IMG/VR virus record: IMGVR_UViG_3300032304_001060
Coordinates: 1-64,000 of that record
Strand: one strand, 5' to 3'
DNA from: a virus
Length of the DNA stretch: 64,000 nucleotides
The notes beneath the pieces are model-generated. The model made no database searches. It saw nothing but the letters and a program-made list of their open reading frames with translations, and was not told the origin of the DNA. Positions 19,462 to 28,289 of the stretch are shown here, piece by piece (the stretch's first letter is position 1; every line of letters starts with the position of its first letter). The position numbers were made by a program, and so were the translations under genes.

Positions 19462-20205
19462 TTAGAGGAATTTGATCAATTCTGCCCAAGTCTTAGGGCC
19501 GACGATGCCGTTTGAGTCCACAATGTCGTGATTATCCTGAAATGCGATGACTGCCTTCTTTGTGTGAGGGCCGTAGTCGCCGTCAGCCAAGAGGCCGAGA
19601 GCCCTCTGAACGACCTTGACGCCCTCACCCTTAGCGCCAGGCTTGATCTGGCCTGGGAATGCTGGAGTCTCTGGTGCTGGGATCTTGGCGGTGACTTCGT
19701 TGCCCTTGTAGTTAGGGCGACCCCAACCGACGATAGAGACCAGAACCTTCTTCTTGTTGGCCTTGTACGCACGTGTCTGTGCACATACCTCGCCGCCATT
19801 GCGCTGGCTGCCCTTCTTCTTGCCTGAAGTGTTACCTTCGATAGTCAAGACGACCCCATCTGAGTCGATACCTGTGCAGATACCTACGTGCGAAATTCTA
19901 TCGACGCCGTCTCCTGGGAAATCAAAATACAGGATATCGCCTGGCTGTGGTGATTGACCGCAATCTGCCTCAAACCATGTTCCCATCTTCTTAAATGCTG
20001 CAGCACCTGCCACAGTAGAGACTGTATTAGGGATCTTTACACCTGCTTGATGAGCACACCAGTTAACAAAACTTCCACACCATGCAAGGTAGTTAGCCTT
20101 TGTAAAGGCGCCGTACTTGGTCTCGTTATCCTTTGGACCTTCGATTGTGCCAACCTCTTTTGTTGCAACTTCAATGATTGCTGCTGCTGTTCCTTTTTCT
20201 GCCAT
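19462..20205 (-). CDS. Endolysin (CHAP amidase plus PG-binding domain)
   Basis: AWCGSFV, SHVGI and TIEGNT motifs. C-terminal DGDYGPHTKKAV..FQ...GIVGPKTW. Confidence 0.9.
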   Translation of the reverse strand: MAEKGTAAAIIEVATKEVGTIEGPKDNETKYGAFTKANYLAWCGSFVNWCAHQAGVKIPNTVSTVAGAAAFKKMGTWFEADCGQSPQPGDILYFDFPGDGVDRISHVGICTGIDSDGVVLTIEGNTSGKKKGSQRNGGEVCAQTRAYKANKKKVLVSIVGWGRPNYKGNEVTAKIPAPETPAFPGQIKPGAKGEGVKVVQRALGLLADGDYGPHTKKAVIAFQDNHDIVDSNGIVGPKTWAELIKFL

Positions 20206-20207
20206 GG

Positions 20208-20471
20208 TTATCTACCTTTCCTTGGTATGAAGTGATGATGCTCGTCATCGTTCTTAAATTCGCCGTTAGCATGAGCCTCGTCGTGTAACTTGTCCCACGC
20301 CGCATGATCATGCTGTGAAGGACCAACTATAACGCCATTGGCATTTATTGGCGCACCTTTATGCATACTAAACATGTGTGATCTAATGGACCACCCAACT
20401 TGTTTTGGAACCCAGCGCTTCTTCTTTGGAGGCTGTGCTTCCGACATATTCTCTTCTGTGTTAGCAGCCAT
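20208..20471 (-). CDS. Hypothetical His-rich protein
   Basis: 87 aa ORF. Confidence 0.5.
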   Translation of the reverse strand: MAANTEENMSEAQPPKKKRWVPKQVGWSIRSHMFSMHKGAPINANGVIVGPSQHDHAAWDKLHDEAHANGEFKNDDEHHHFIPRKGR

Positions 20472-20474
20472 TGT

Positions 20475-20867
20475 TTACCGTCCTCGCCCTCTATCTGCCT
20501 GCTTTTGAATTCCGCGGTTCTTTTCAACATTGCGCTGCTTGGCACCAATCGCTGTCTTTCGTGCAAGGCCGACTAATTGGTGGAATTGAGAATTGTTAGA
20601 GGTGATAAGCCCTGCAATGTGGGCCAAGTTCTCATTGTTGGTAGAGACACCCATGTGGGTCAATCCAGCCAAGAACATGTTGGTGCCGATCTTCTTAGGG
20701 TGGTTACCTAACTCTGCTGCAATCGCTGCACGGTGGTCGCCTGGTGTCTTTGGCAAGCCTTCGCCTGTGCGAGCAGGTGTGTTTACACCAGCAGCAGCGG
20801 GTGTAAGGAAGCCCTGAAACTGAGCACCAGACACTAGCGTGGTGTGTGGCTTTGGGTTGCTGGTCAT
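20475..20867 (-). CDS. Hypothetical protein (LVSGAQF motif)
   Basis: ATG 20867 is coupled to the previous stop. Confidence 0.55.
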   Translation of the reverse strand: MTSNPKPHTTLVSGAQFQGFLTPAAAGVNTPARTGEGLPKTPGDHRAAIAAELGNHPKKIGTNMFLAGLTHMGVSTNNENLAHIAGLITSNNSQFHQLVGLARKTAIGAKQRNVEKNRGIQKQADRGRGR

Positions 20868-21274
20868 GTGGTATCCCTCTTCGGCTTTCTCCACTCATCA
20901 TGTACTACAGGAACTAACATATTAGGATCTATATCTGCGGCAGCGGCTACACGGTGATGGCCTTCGCTGAGTTGATATCCTGCAGGCCAATGCTTACCCC
21001 CATCAAAATTACGACTTAATTCTACTGGCTTTCTGACACCTTCTCGTTTGATCGAGTCATAGAGAGATGCGCCCTTGCGTGCGCGGGTAGGAAGATATCT
21101 AGCATTTCTAATGGCGCCAGTCTTTGCCTCATATAACTTCTGATGCCAGAGGCTCTCCATATTGTCGCCACCTGGGTCTGCAGAGTAGTTGACCATGGAC
21201 TTGATCTCCCCTGCCTTCATGAACATGGGTAACTGTTCCCATTGCTGAGAAGAGAGATTATTTTCGGCGCTCAT
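20864..21274 (-). CDS. ParB/Srx-like protein with MSAENNLSSQQW leader
   Basis: SLYDSIKREGVRKPV...EGHHRVAAA. Confidence 0.7.
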   Translation of the reverse strand: MSAENNLSSQQWEQLPMFMKAGEIKSMVNYSADPGGDNMESLWHQKLYEAKTGAIRNARYLPTRARKGASLYDSIKREGVRKPVELSRNFDGGKHWPAGYQLSEGHHRVAAAADIDPNMLVPVVHDEWRKPKRDTT

Positions 21275-21708
21275 TTTCTAAACTTCACTCTCTCTGGAAG
21301 TTTCTCTCCAGTTGACTTGGCCCATGCATCACCTTGGTCACTTCTATCTCCTGAGTGAACTGGTGCTGGTACACCTGTTTTTGCTGCAATATCCTTAGCG
21401 GCTTTTAACATCGCTGTTGCCGCTTTCTTTCTTCTGGCTCCTGGAATAACATGGACGTCTAATATCTCGCCCGTGTTAGAGTTCCAGTGAAGATGACCTA
21501 GAGTAGTAGAAGGTTTATCTGCATCTGGTGCTTGAGATTCCAAGGTTACTCCAGCGGTATGGAGACCAAAGTTAGTTGCAGCATTTCCAAATGGCTTATC
21601 ACCTGTGGGAACTTCATATCGGATATGTGGAGCAAACTGCTTAAGGTTTAAGTTTGTATGTGGGGCTGGTTGCCATCCGTGTCCCCATTCGGAGTGGAAC
21701 TCGCTCAC
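21271..21708 (-). CDS. GNAT acetyltransferase-like protein
   Basis: ILDVHVIPGARRKKAATAML is motif A-like. Paralog of 27079..27450. Confidence 0.65.
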   Translation of the reverse strand: MSEFHSEWGHGWQPAPHTNLNLKQFAPHIRYEVPTGDKPFGNAATNFGLHTAGVTLESQAPDADKPSTTLGHLHWNSNTGEILDVHVIPGARRKKAATAMLKAAKDIAAKTGVPAPVHSGDRSDQGDAWAKSTGEKLPERVKFRK

Positions 21709-21787
21709 TTACTTCTCCTCGCAGATACATTTGCACGTATCTTCTGTGCAGACTCCATATTCGATCTTGTGATCGCACTTGATACAG

Positions 21788-22165
21788 TTAAGCATTGTGC
21801 ATGTGCTCATGTCCGAAGTCGGTGTAGTTCTCACGCTCATCTGCAGGACCTGCATCCATATTTGCGTGGTCTTCATCGTGATATGCCTTAAGAGTTGCGT
21901 GATCCATCTCATGCACATCAAGTGGGTGAGCATAGTGACCAGAAGAAAGCATGTGTGCTTTCAGTGCGGCATGATCACGCACATCGGTCGGTGCAGTACG
22001 CATGTGTGCGTCTACCTGTGCGTGGAGGCGGCCTGCCTGACTAAATGCTTCCATCGCATCAATGTCAGAACGGTCTAAGTGGATATGACTGTCTGCTGGC
22101 TTGTCGCAGCCTAGTTCAGGACAGACACGCGCTTTACCTTGCTGGAACTCTTCACCTCTGCTCAT
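21788..22165 (-). CDS. Hypothetical His-rich protein
   Basis: MSRGEEFQQG..., with a CACAAT-N6-ATG start. Confidence 0.55.
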   Translation of the reverse strand: MSRGEEFQQGKARVCPELGCDKPADSHIHLDRSDIDAMEAFSQAGRLHAQVDAHMRTAPTDVRDHAALKAHMLSSGHYAHPLDVHEMDHATLKAYHDEDHANMDAGPADERENYTDFGHEHMHNA

Positions 22166-22181
22166 ACCTGTATTGTGACAG

Positions 22182-22304
22182 TTAGGCTTTGGTTCCACTC
22201 GCTGTATTCGTAGCAGTTGATTTTGGCCCCATCTGCATGGCGACATTGACGTACATGTCTTTAGGCATTACTTGGGCGCCTAGAAATTGCTGCTGAGAGA
22301 TCAT
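22182..22304 (-). CDS. 40 aa peptide with ISQQQF motif
   Basis: Manual translation MISQQQFLGAQVMPKDMYVNVAMQMGPKSTATNTASGTKA. ATGA-coupled. Confidence 0.45.
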   Translation of the reverse strand: MISQQQFLGAQVMPKDMYVNVAMQMGPKSTATNTASGTKA

Positions 22305-22663
22305 TGCTTGGGCCTCTTTACTGAGGCTGTAATTTGATTCTGCTTATAGCGAGGGATATTCGACCAAGTCTTTTCCCAGTTTGCTTTCATTTCCTGTACC
22401 CGTGGATCAGCACTAGCGTCTTTCCATCGGTGGAAGTCTGGAGAGATAGGAGCAATAAGACCGATCTGGTCACCTTTGTAGTGTGGATCAAGTGAGTTCT
22501 CTCTAGGAACAAAGCCCCACTTAAATGATTTGCCGTAATGCTCATCCCAACTTGGTGCAGGCGCAGAGCCAGGCTTCATAAGGCTAGGTGTTACACGAGG
22601 GTCCATAGTGCGTGGTTTGTAGTTAACAAACTGCTGATCGGAGATGTTTTCTGGAGATGTCAT
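22301..22663 (-). CDS. Hypothetical protein with MTSPENISDQQF leader
   Basis: 120 aa, ATGA-coupled. Confidence 0.6.
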   Translation of the reverse strand: MTSPENISDQQFVNYKPRTMDPRVTPSLMKPGSAPAPSWDEHYGKSFKWGFVPRENSLDPHYKGDQIGLIAPISPDFHRWKDASADPRVQEMKANWEKTWSNIPRYKQNQITASVKRPKQ

Positions 22664-22803
22664 TTGTCAAACTGCTCCAAACTCAAATTGGCGTTCTTCA
22701 TCACGTCTTTTACTTGCGCCTCAACTTTAGAGCCATCCCATGCTGCCATAGGGTTCTTTGAGGAAGGAGACTTCAAACTATCTGGTTTCTCTAGTGGGTT
22801 CAC
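22660..22803 (-). CDS. 47 aa peptide ending NANLSLEQFDK
   Basis: GTG start overlaps the upstream TGA and the stop overlaps the next ATG. Confidence 0.5.
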   Translation of the reverse strand: MNPLEKPDSLKSPSSKNPMAAWDGSKVEAQVKDVMKNANLSLEQFDK

Positions 22804-23012
22804 TTTTTTCTCCAAACCTTCACTTTAGCATCTGGCTTGTAATGAGTAACTCCTGGCGCTTTTGAACCACGAAGTCTGTGTGCTGCCACGAGGTCCTCAC
22901 CAATCATCTTCACAGCATGTACACGCACTTTCCTAGTGCTATCTAGATAATCACCAGGCTGCATGTCTCTTGCGGCAATGTGTGCTGCCTCAAATTCTGA
23001 AGCCCTACTCAT
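22800..23012 (-). CDS. Hypothetical SH3-like small protein
   Basis: ARDMQPGDYL motif, 70 aa. Confidence 0.55.
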   Translation of the reverse strand: MSRASEFEAAHIAARDMQPGDYLDSTRKVRVHAVKMIGEDLVAAHRLRGSKAPGVTHYKPDAKVKVWRKK

Positions 23013-23034
23013 GCTGGAATCTCTCTTAGTGGAG

Positions 23035-23397
23035 TCATTCGTCGCTCATCTTTTCTCCATAAGTGACGTAACGCTTTACGCCCTTTACTTTAAACCCTTT
23101 ATCAGAGGTCACAGAGTTTTTAGTCCACCATGACGCATCGGTAAGAGTTTTATCTCCCTTTAGAGGCGCTACCTCGTATACAGGAGAGACCATGGATAGT
23201 TGATGCCATCCCTTTTTATTATCTCGTCCTCTATACCCTGTGTACATACGATCGATGACGTGGTCTGCTGCACGGTCTGCATTAGTTCCTGCCCATACAA
23301 CACGATCATTACCTGGGAGGATTATTGTTCCAGGCTTCATCGTCTCTGCGGTTGAGCCGTGGAATAACTGTTGTGAGAGATTATCTTGAGCACTCAT
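23035..23397 (-). CDS. ADP-ribosyltransferase-fold protein (Arr-like) with MSAQDNLSQQLF leader
   Basis: LFHGS..MKPGTII...VWAGTN...VYEVAP resembles the Arr/H-type ART pattern. Confidence 0.5.
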   Translation of the reverse strand: MSAQDNLSQQLFHGSTAETMKPGTIILPGNDRVVWAGTNADRAADHVIDRMYTGYRGRDNKKGWHQLSMVSPVYEVAPLKGDKTLTDASWWTKNSVTSDKGFKVKGVKRYVTYGEKMSDE

Positions 23398-23828
23398 GCT
23401 GGCATTACCCTTGGAGGATTAAAGGTGCGGTTGCGGGCACGCAACTTGACTTGCGTTAATCCTTGCTCATCTTTATATTTTTTAGCAGTTTTACGAAATT
23501 GTCGGTCTACCAATACCGCAGCGCCTGGACGAACTGTTACTTCTTTTTCATTAGACCCAGGCCAAATTGCATTTTCCTTAACTGCTTTACGGCCTTCTTT
23601 TGTCTTTGGGTCAATAATTGCAGCAGGATGTACTTTTCCAACAAGCACAACGCTTTTAGTTACGTCTCCAGGAAGTCTAGGAATACTTAACTCAGAAAAG
23701 TTAGAAGCAACACTTGATTTAGATGACCAGTGCATACCAAGAGGTTTTTTAACTTCATGAGTGCCCCCTAATCCACGGTATACAGGGACAGTAAATAAAG
23801 ATGCAGATAAGTTATCTTGGGCGCTCAT
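23394..23828 (-). CDS. Putative R-S-E ADP-ribosyltransferase
   Basis: VYRGL...GMHWSS..SVASNF...NEKEVTV. Confidence 0.6.
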   Translation of the reverse strand: MSAQDNLSASLFTVPVYRGLGGTHEVKKPLGMHWSSKSSVASNFSELSIPRLPGDVTKSVVLVGKVHPAAIIDPKTKEGRKAVKENAIWPGSNEKEVTVRPGAAVLVDRQFRKTAKKYKDEQGLTQVKLRARNRTFNPPRVMPA

Positions 23829-24211
23829 GCTGGCATCTCTCGTGGTGGGTTGTATGTGCGCTTACGAGATTTTACATCGCCAAAATTGCGTAGTGTTGTT
23901 CTTCCTGTAACGAGAACTGGTTTACCAAAGCGAACAGGGACTTCTTGCTCATGCTCGTACTCTCCGCCTACTTCTTTTCGCTTAAGAGTACTTGTCCTAG
24001 TCTCTACAGAACTCATAGGAACATTTGCGTGATAGATAACTCGTGTAGATCCAGATTCGCCACCTTTTCGTGCAAATCCCTCTGCTACATCAGGGGATGC
24101 GCTCCAGTGAGTCCCTGCGTGCTTTGACTCTAACTTTTCTCCAGGCTTAATATACAGACCTCTATGCACCTGAAAGAATAACTCATTAGACAAGTTGTCT
24201 TCTGCGCTCAT
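23825..24211 (-). CDS. Putative R-S-E ADP-ribosyltransferase
   Basis: VHRGL...GTHWSASPDVAEGFA...HEQEVPV. Confidence 0.6.
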   Translation of the reverse strand: MSAEDNLSNELFFQVHRGLYIKPGEKLESKHAGTHWSASPDVAEGFARKGGESGSTRVIYHANVPMSSVETRTSTLKRKEVGGEYEHEQEVPVRFGKPVLVTGRTTLRNFGDVKSRKRTYNPPREMPA

Positions 24212-24618
24212 GCCTTCATCTCCCTTGGCGGATTATATGTGCGCTTGCGCGTCCTTCTCTCGCCTCGCTCACCATCTGGTAGCAGTGATGGGGGTTTCAG
24301 GCTTGTTTTACCTGTTACCAGCACAGTTGCTCCTTCTTTTACTGGAATTTCTTTTTCGTTTAGTGGATCTTGCCCCATAAAACCAGCAAAACCTCTTTGA
24401 CCAAGTACTTTTGTATTGGTCTCGACAGATGAGATAGGAATCTTGGCGTGAATAATAGTTGCGTGTGTTAAATGAAATTTTGCAGCAAATTTTTTAGCAA
24501 CATTCTCAGATGCGCTGAAGTGCATGCCCACGCCGTAATTAGGATTAAGATTTTTTTCTTTGATGCCTCGATGTGCTTCAAAAAATAGTTCATGAGACAA
24601 GTTATCTTCTGCAGCCAT
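24208..24618 (-). CDS. Putative R-S-E ADP-ribosyltransferase
   Basis: AHRGI...GMHFSASENVAKKFA...NEKEIPV, starting MAAEDNLS. Confidence 0.6.
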   Translation of the reverse strand: MAAEDNLSHELFFEAHRGIKEKNLNPNYGVGMHFSASENVAKKFAAKFHLTHATIIHAKIPISSVETNTKVLGQRGFAGFMGQDPLNEKEIPVKEGATVLVTGKTSLKPPSLLPDGERGERRTRKRTYNPPREMKA

Positions 24619-25028
24619 TAGTCCCACTTCGATTCATCTAGTGCAACGCCCTTGCGTTCTGCCCAGTCATTATCTGAAGAGGGCTTACCAAATGCTTTGC
24701 CACGCTTAACATCTGACATATCAGCGTGAATGACAGGAACTAATTCATCAGGGCGATGCTTGAGCCCTGCGATAAGGCGATGATGGCCATCAACAAGTTC
24801 TGCCTTCCCACCTTCATCTTGTGATTGGTGAAATATGTGAAATGGCTTTTGAATAGGTTTTTCTTTAATTGCCTTATCAAGACCGCTAAGTTCGTTCTCG
24901 CGCTGTTTCACATCGGTCATCTGGCGCACTCCGCCGTAGTAATGTGAATCGCTCAGTTCGTGAGTTGACGCAATCTCTTTTGGCGTCATAAACATAGCCA
25001 GTTGTTGCGCTGAGACTGAGGATGACAT
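24618..25028 (-). CDS. ParB/Srx-like protein
   Basis: LDKAIKEKPIQKP...LVDGHHRL. Confidence 0.7.
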   Translation of the reverse strand: MSSSVSAQQLAMFMTPKEIASTHELSDSHYYGGVRQMTDVKQRENELSGLDKAIKEKPIQKPFHIFHQSQDEGGKAELVDGHHRLIAGLKHRPDELVPVIHADMSDVKRGKAFGKPSSDNDWAERKGVALDESKWD

Positions 25029-25483
25029 TAGTAGTCCTCCTTAAGAGCCTGACGAGCATCATGGATATTGTCGTGGTGAACCACTGGAAATAAATAATTA
25101 GGATGTTCTTCTGCTGCAACTGCAACTCTATGATGCCCACCTAGCATCTCTTTTGTTTCAAAATTTATTGGTATGCGTGGTGATTTAAATCCTTCGTGCG
25201 CTATATCTTGAGCCAAGTTACTATATTTTTCGCCGTGCTCTGCTCCACCCATGTCAGCATTAGTTACTGACTCATCATACTTTCGTTCCCATAACTCACT
25301 GTTAGTTTCTGGTCGAATCTTTTTGCCACCCCATTCTTCTGGGTCTGGCTCATCTGTGGCTCTTCCTTCACGATCACCAGGCCAAGGGCTGATGTGAGTT
25401 TGTATCTCTTTACCTGTCATGAACATAGGCAGTTGTCCTTTAGCCAAGTGTTCCCCTAAAGAGAAGTGCTTGCGTCTGCTCAT
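25028..25483 (-). CDS. ParB/Srx-like protein
   Basis: LAQDIAHEGF...LGGHHRVAVA, with the QLPMFMTG N-terminal motif. Confidence 0.65.
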   Translation of the reverse strand: MSRRKHFSLGEHLAKGQLPMFMTGKEIQTHISPWPGDREGRATDEPDPEEWGGKKIRPETNSELWERKYDESVTNADMGGAEHGEKYSNLAQDIAHEGFKSPRIPINFETKEMLGGHHRVAVAAEEHPNYLFPVVHHDNIHDARQALKEDY

Positions 25484-25544
25484 GCACACAGTGTGACAGA
25501 TTTTGCCGCGGTAGGGTTTTTAAAACCGACGAGGCGCTTTTTCC

Positions 25545-26039
25545 TTAGATGTCAAGAGACTGGTTGAACTCATAAAGCGGAATCCGCCATGAGCCCTCTG
25601 GTGCATACTTCCATTCATCCCGCTGACAGTCCTCCATACGCATCCAACCAAATATCTCAACTTCGGAGTAGTAGTCGCGGTCTAGCACTCGTGCGCCCAC
25701 CAGGAGCCATCCCTCTCGGATGTCCTTAGGAAATACAGGTATCTCATCTTTGGTGCGGATGGACTTGACTTCAATGTTCGTACCTACCTCAGCGATGTCT
25801 TTGCGGAAGTAGTGCTCTTCATTGGTGTAGAAGGGGAAGGTGAATGACTTCTTGTATAACTTAGCAACTGCGTACTCTGCAACGATAGTCCTTACATTGG
25901 CGGCAATTTCTGGTTCAAGTATTGCTTTGTTGGTGTAGTTAGGACGATCAACGCTGCCAAACTTAATCATCCATCGGTTGAGTGCGATATCTGCACATGC
26001 ACGTACTTCTTCTTTAGATAACTTGACGATGTGGCTCAT
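25545..26039 (-). CDS. Hypothetical protein, possible PD-(D/E)xK nuclease
   Basis: AEYAVAK...DI...IEVKS pattern. Confidence 0.5.
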   Translation of the reverse strand: MSHIVKLSKEEVRACADIALNRWMIKFGSVDRPNYTNKAILEPEIAANVRTIVAEYAVAKLYKKSFTFPFYTNEEHYFRKDIAEVGTNIEVKSIRTKDEIPVFPKDIREGWLLVGARVLDRDYYSEVEIFGWMRMEDCQRDEWKYAPEGSWRIPLYEFNQSLDI

Positions 26040-26567
26040 TCTTTATGCGCTCCATAGAGTAAGGGCCAATATAATCCAAAGAACAATTACAGAGGCGATG
26101 ATGTACTTCATTCGTTATTTTTGCACTTAGGGCACTGCTTTGTTGGATGTGCCGTTCCTTGAGGTACGGTGAATGTGCCGCCGCAATCAAAGCAGAGGAC
26201 GATGAGGTCACTCACTGTAGTTCTCTCTTAATCTTCTGCCCAGTCGCGGATGACATCGGCCAATTCAGCGATCTCGATGCTGTGCTCGTACCCACTGTCG
26301 TGGAGAAATTCTATAAATTCATCGGGTGCAACTAGTGTGCCGTTAATAATTGAGAATAGATCGCTCATACTGTGCTCCTTGCGATATCTGCACACCGTTC
26401 GCCTGCACGGATAATTGCATAGTCAATGTCATCGATAGGCGGATATGTTGCCTCTAGTTCGTCTTCAATTGCTTTTGCGATGCGCTCACGCAACTCCGTT
26501 AATTGTACTTCGACTGTCTTCTCCATTTTTTGCCCCTTCTTCTTCAGTAAAGGCTACTGCCTCAAAG

Positions 26568-26972
26568 TTATAGCGTCAAATCTTCTTCGTTAGGGGAGGT
26601 AACTACATTCTTATGGTAGTAATGACCGCCGTTATGTGTTCGCACTCGATGACAATTGGCACAGACGACGTCGCATTTATCTAATTCTTCTAGCATCTTG
26701 TCCCAACTGCCTCTCTCGGCTAATTTTGACGGTTGGAATTTCTTTTTATGTGGGTCGCGGTGGTCTAGATCGAGTACGTAGTACGGAAATTTGCCTCCGC
26801 AGTCCTTACAGCCGTGAAATTCCTTAAATTTATGCAAAAAATCACGTAATTGGCTCTTCTTTTCGCTATTTCGAGCAATATATGCGCTTTTATGGCGTCT
26901 GTAGTGCCTCTTTGAGTCTTCACGAGCCTTAATTCGGCCCTCTTCTGTGCCCTTATCTTTTCTTGGAGACAT
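26568..26972 (-). CDS. HNH-like endonuclease
   Basis: CKDCG...LDLDHR...KCDVVCANCHR. Confidence 0.75.
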   Translation of the reverse strand: MSPRKDKGTEEGRIKAREDSKRHYRRHKSAYIARNSEKKSQLRDFLHKFKEFHGCKDCGGKFPYYVLDLDHRDPHKKKFQPSKLAERGSWDKMLEELDKCDVVCANCHRVRTHNGGHYYHKNVVTSPNEEDLTL

Positions 26973-27078
26973 GTATGGAGCCTAACACATGTCGTTACTG
27001 AGAAAGTACTAGTGCTCGTTCGCCCAAAACATCACGAAGACAATAAATAAAAACATTAAGGTAAGAAACGCGGCCATT

Positions 27079-27450
27079 TTAGTCGAGGTGTCCTTTGTAT
27101 TCTTCAATATTCTTTTTAAGAGAAGGTACTCTACCACCTACCGACTTGGCCCATGCATCGCCTTCGGGGGTTCTGGTCTCAGAATGTTTTGGCGCGATGA
27201 TACTTTCCTTTGCAGATACCTCATGGGCATAGTTATAGAGGGCTGTAGCCACACCCTTACGGCGGTGCTCTGCCTTAACCTCTAGCGAGAGTATCTCACC
27301 GCTATGTGGATGCCAACTCATCTGCCCCATAAAGTCAGGTTGATTCTCAGGTGTACGCCCGATCATTGCTACAAAGTGGGCAGGATCGCCCTCTGGAGTG
27401 TGCCCATAAGCATAAGAGAGATTACCGAACTGTTTGCCCAGGTTGCTCAC
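27079..27450 (-). CDS. GNAT acetyltransferase with MSNLGKQF leader
   Basis: ILSLEVKAEHRRKGVATALY is motif A. Confidence 0.75.
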   Translation of the reverse strand: MSNLGKQFGNLSYAYGHTPEGDPAHFVAMIGRTPENQPDFMGQMSWHPHSGEILSLEVKAEHRRKGVATALYNYAHEVSAKESIIAPKHSETRTPEGDAWAKSVGGRVPSLKKNIEEYKGHLD

Positions 27451-27746
27451 TCAAAGTACTTTCCTAGAGAGGAGATGACAGATTTGGCTGAACGGCGTAG
27501 GTCGCCCGAATCTGATGACCAGTCGCTGCCGTGGGCGTAGTAGTGGGCGTCATCCAGGAGGCTTGAGGCCTGGTCATCGGTCATATTGACGTGGAGATGG
27601 TTGTTGTCACTTCCCTCGATATGGCTATGTGACAGCCCTGTCTCATCGCCCATGCGATCGATGTGGTCCATCAGGAAGTGATGGCCAGCATGACGTATCT
27701 TAAAGATGTCTCGTGGCTCATCAAATTGTTTTCCTAAGTTGCTCAT
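27447..27746 (-). CDS. Hypothetical protein with MSNLGKQF leader
   Basis: First 8 residues are identical to the adjacent GNAT, with an unrelated body. Confidence 0.6.
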   Translation of the reverse strand: MSNLGKQFDEPRDIFKIRHAGHHFLMDHIDRMGDETGLSHSHIEGSDNNHLHVNMTDDQASSLLDDAHYYAHGSDWSSDSGDLRRSAKSVISSLGKYFE

Positions 27747-27754
27747 CACAACTC

Positions 27755-28252
27755 CTACTTATACGTATCATCGTACTGCGCCTCAATCATTGAGCCGTAG
27801 TACTTCACTGGATGTAGGGCGTCTTTAAATTGCTCTGCTGACAATGCAACCCTATGGTGACCGCCGAGGATGTAGGACTGAACAGGGAATCCTTTGAGGT
27901 TGGTCTCAGGGCGTGGCTGTAGCGAGATTACTCCGTGAGTGCCGCCCTGCTTCTCCATGACCTTCTTGAGTGTAGAGCGGGGTGTCACCCCTAGTTTCTG
28001 GCCGTGCTTGGTCACACGGTCTATGCCCTTGAGTCGAGGACTACCGACGCCGTAGCGGGCGCTATTTTCACCAGTCTCCTTGGACTCCCGCAATTTGACA
28101 TCCCAGGCCTGATCTTCTTCTAGGCCGTCTCGGTCTCCTGGGTACATGTGGAAATTGTCTTTGATCTCTTGACCCGTCATAAACATAGGCTGATATCCCT
28201 GAGTTAGGGCTTTGCCCAAATCCTTGGGAGGGGTCATGCGCTTCTTGGCCAT
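27755..28252 (-). CDS. ParB/Srx-like protein
   Basis: YQPMFMTGQEI...ILGGHHRVAL. Confidence 0.6.
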   Translation of the reverse strand: MAKKRMTPPKDLGKALTQGYQPMFMTGQEIKDNFHMYPGDRDGLEEDQAWDVKLRESKETGENSARYGVGSPRLKGIDRVTKHGQKLGVTPRSTLKKVMEKQGGTHGVISLQPRPETNLKGFPVQSYILGGHHRVALSAEQFKDALHPVKYYGSMIEAQYDDTYK

Positions 28253-28289
28253 GTGGCTATTGTGGCCCATTTTGGCTACTGCCTCAGCC

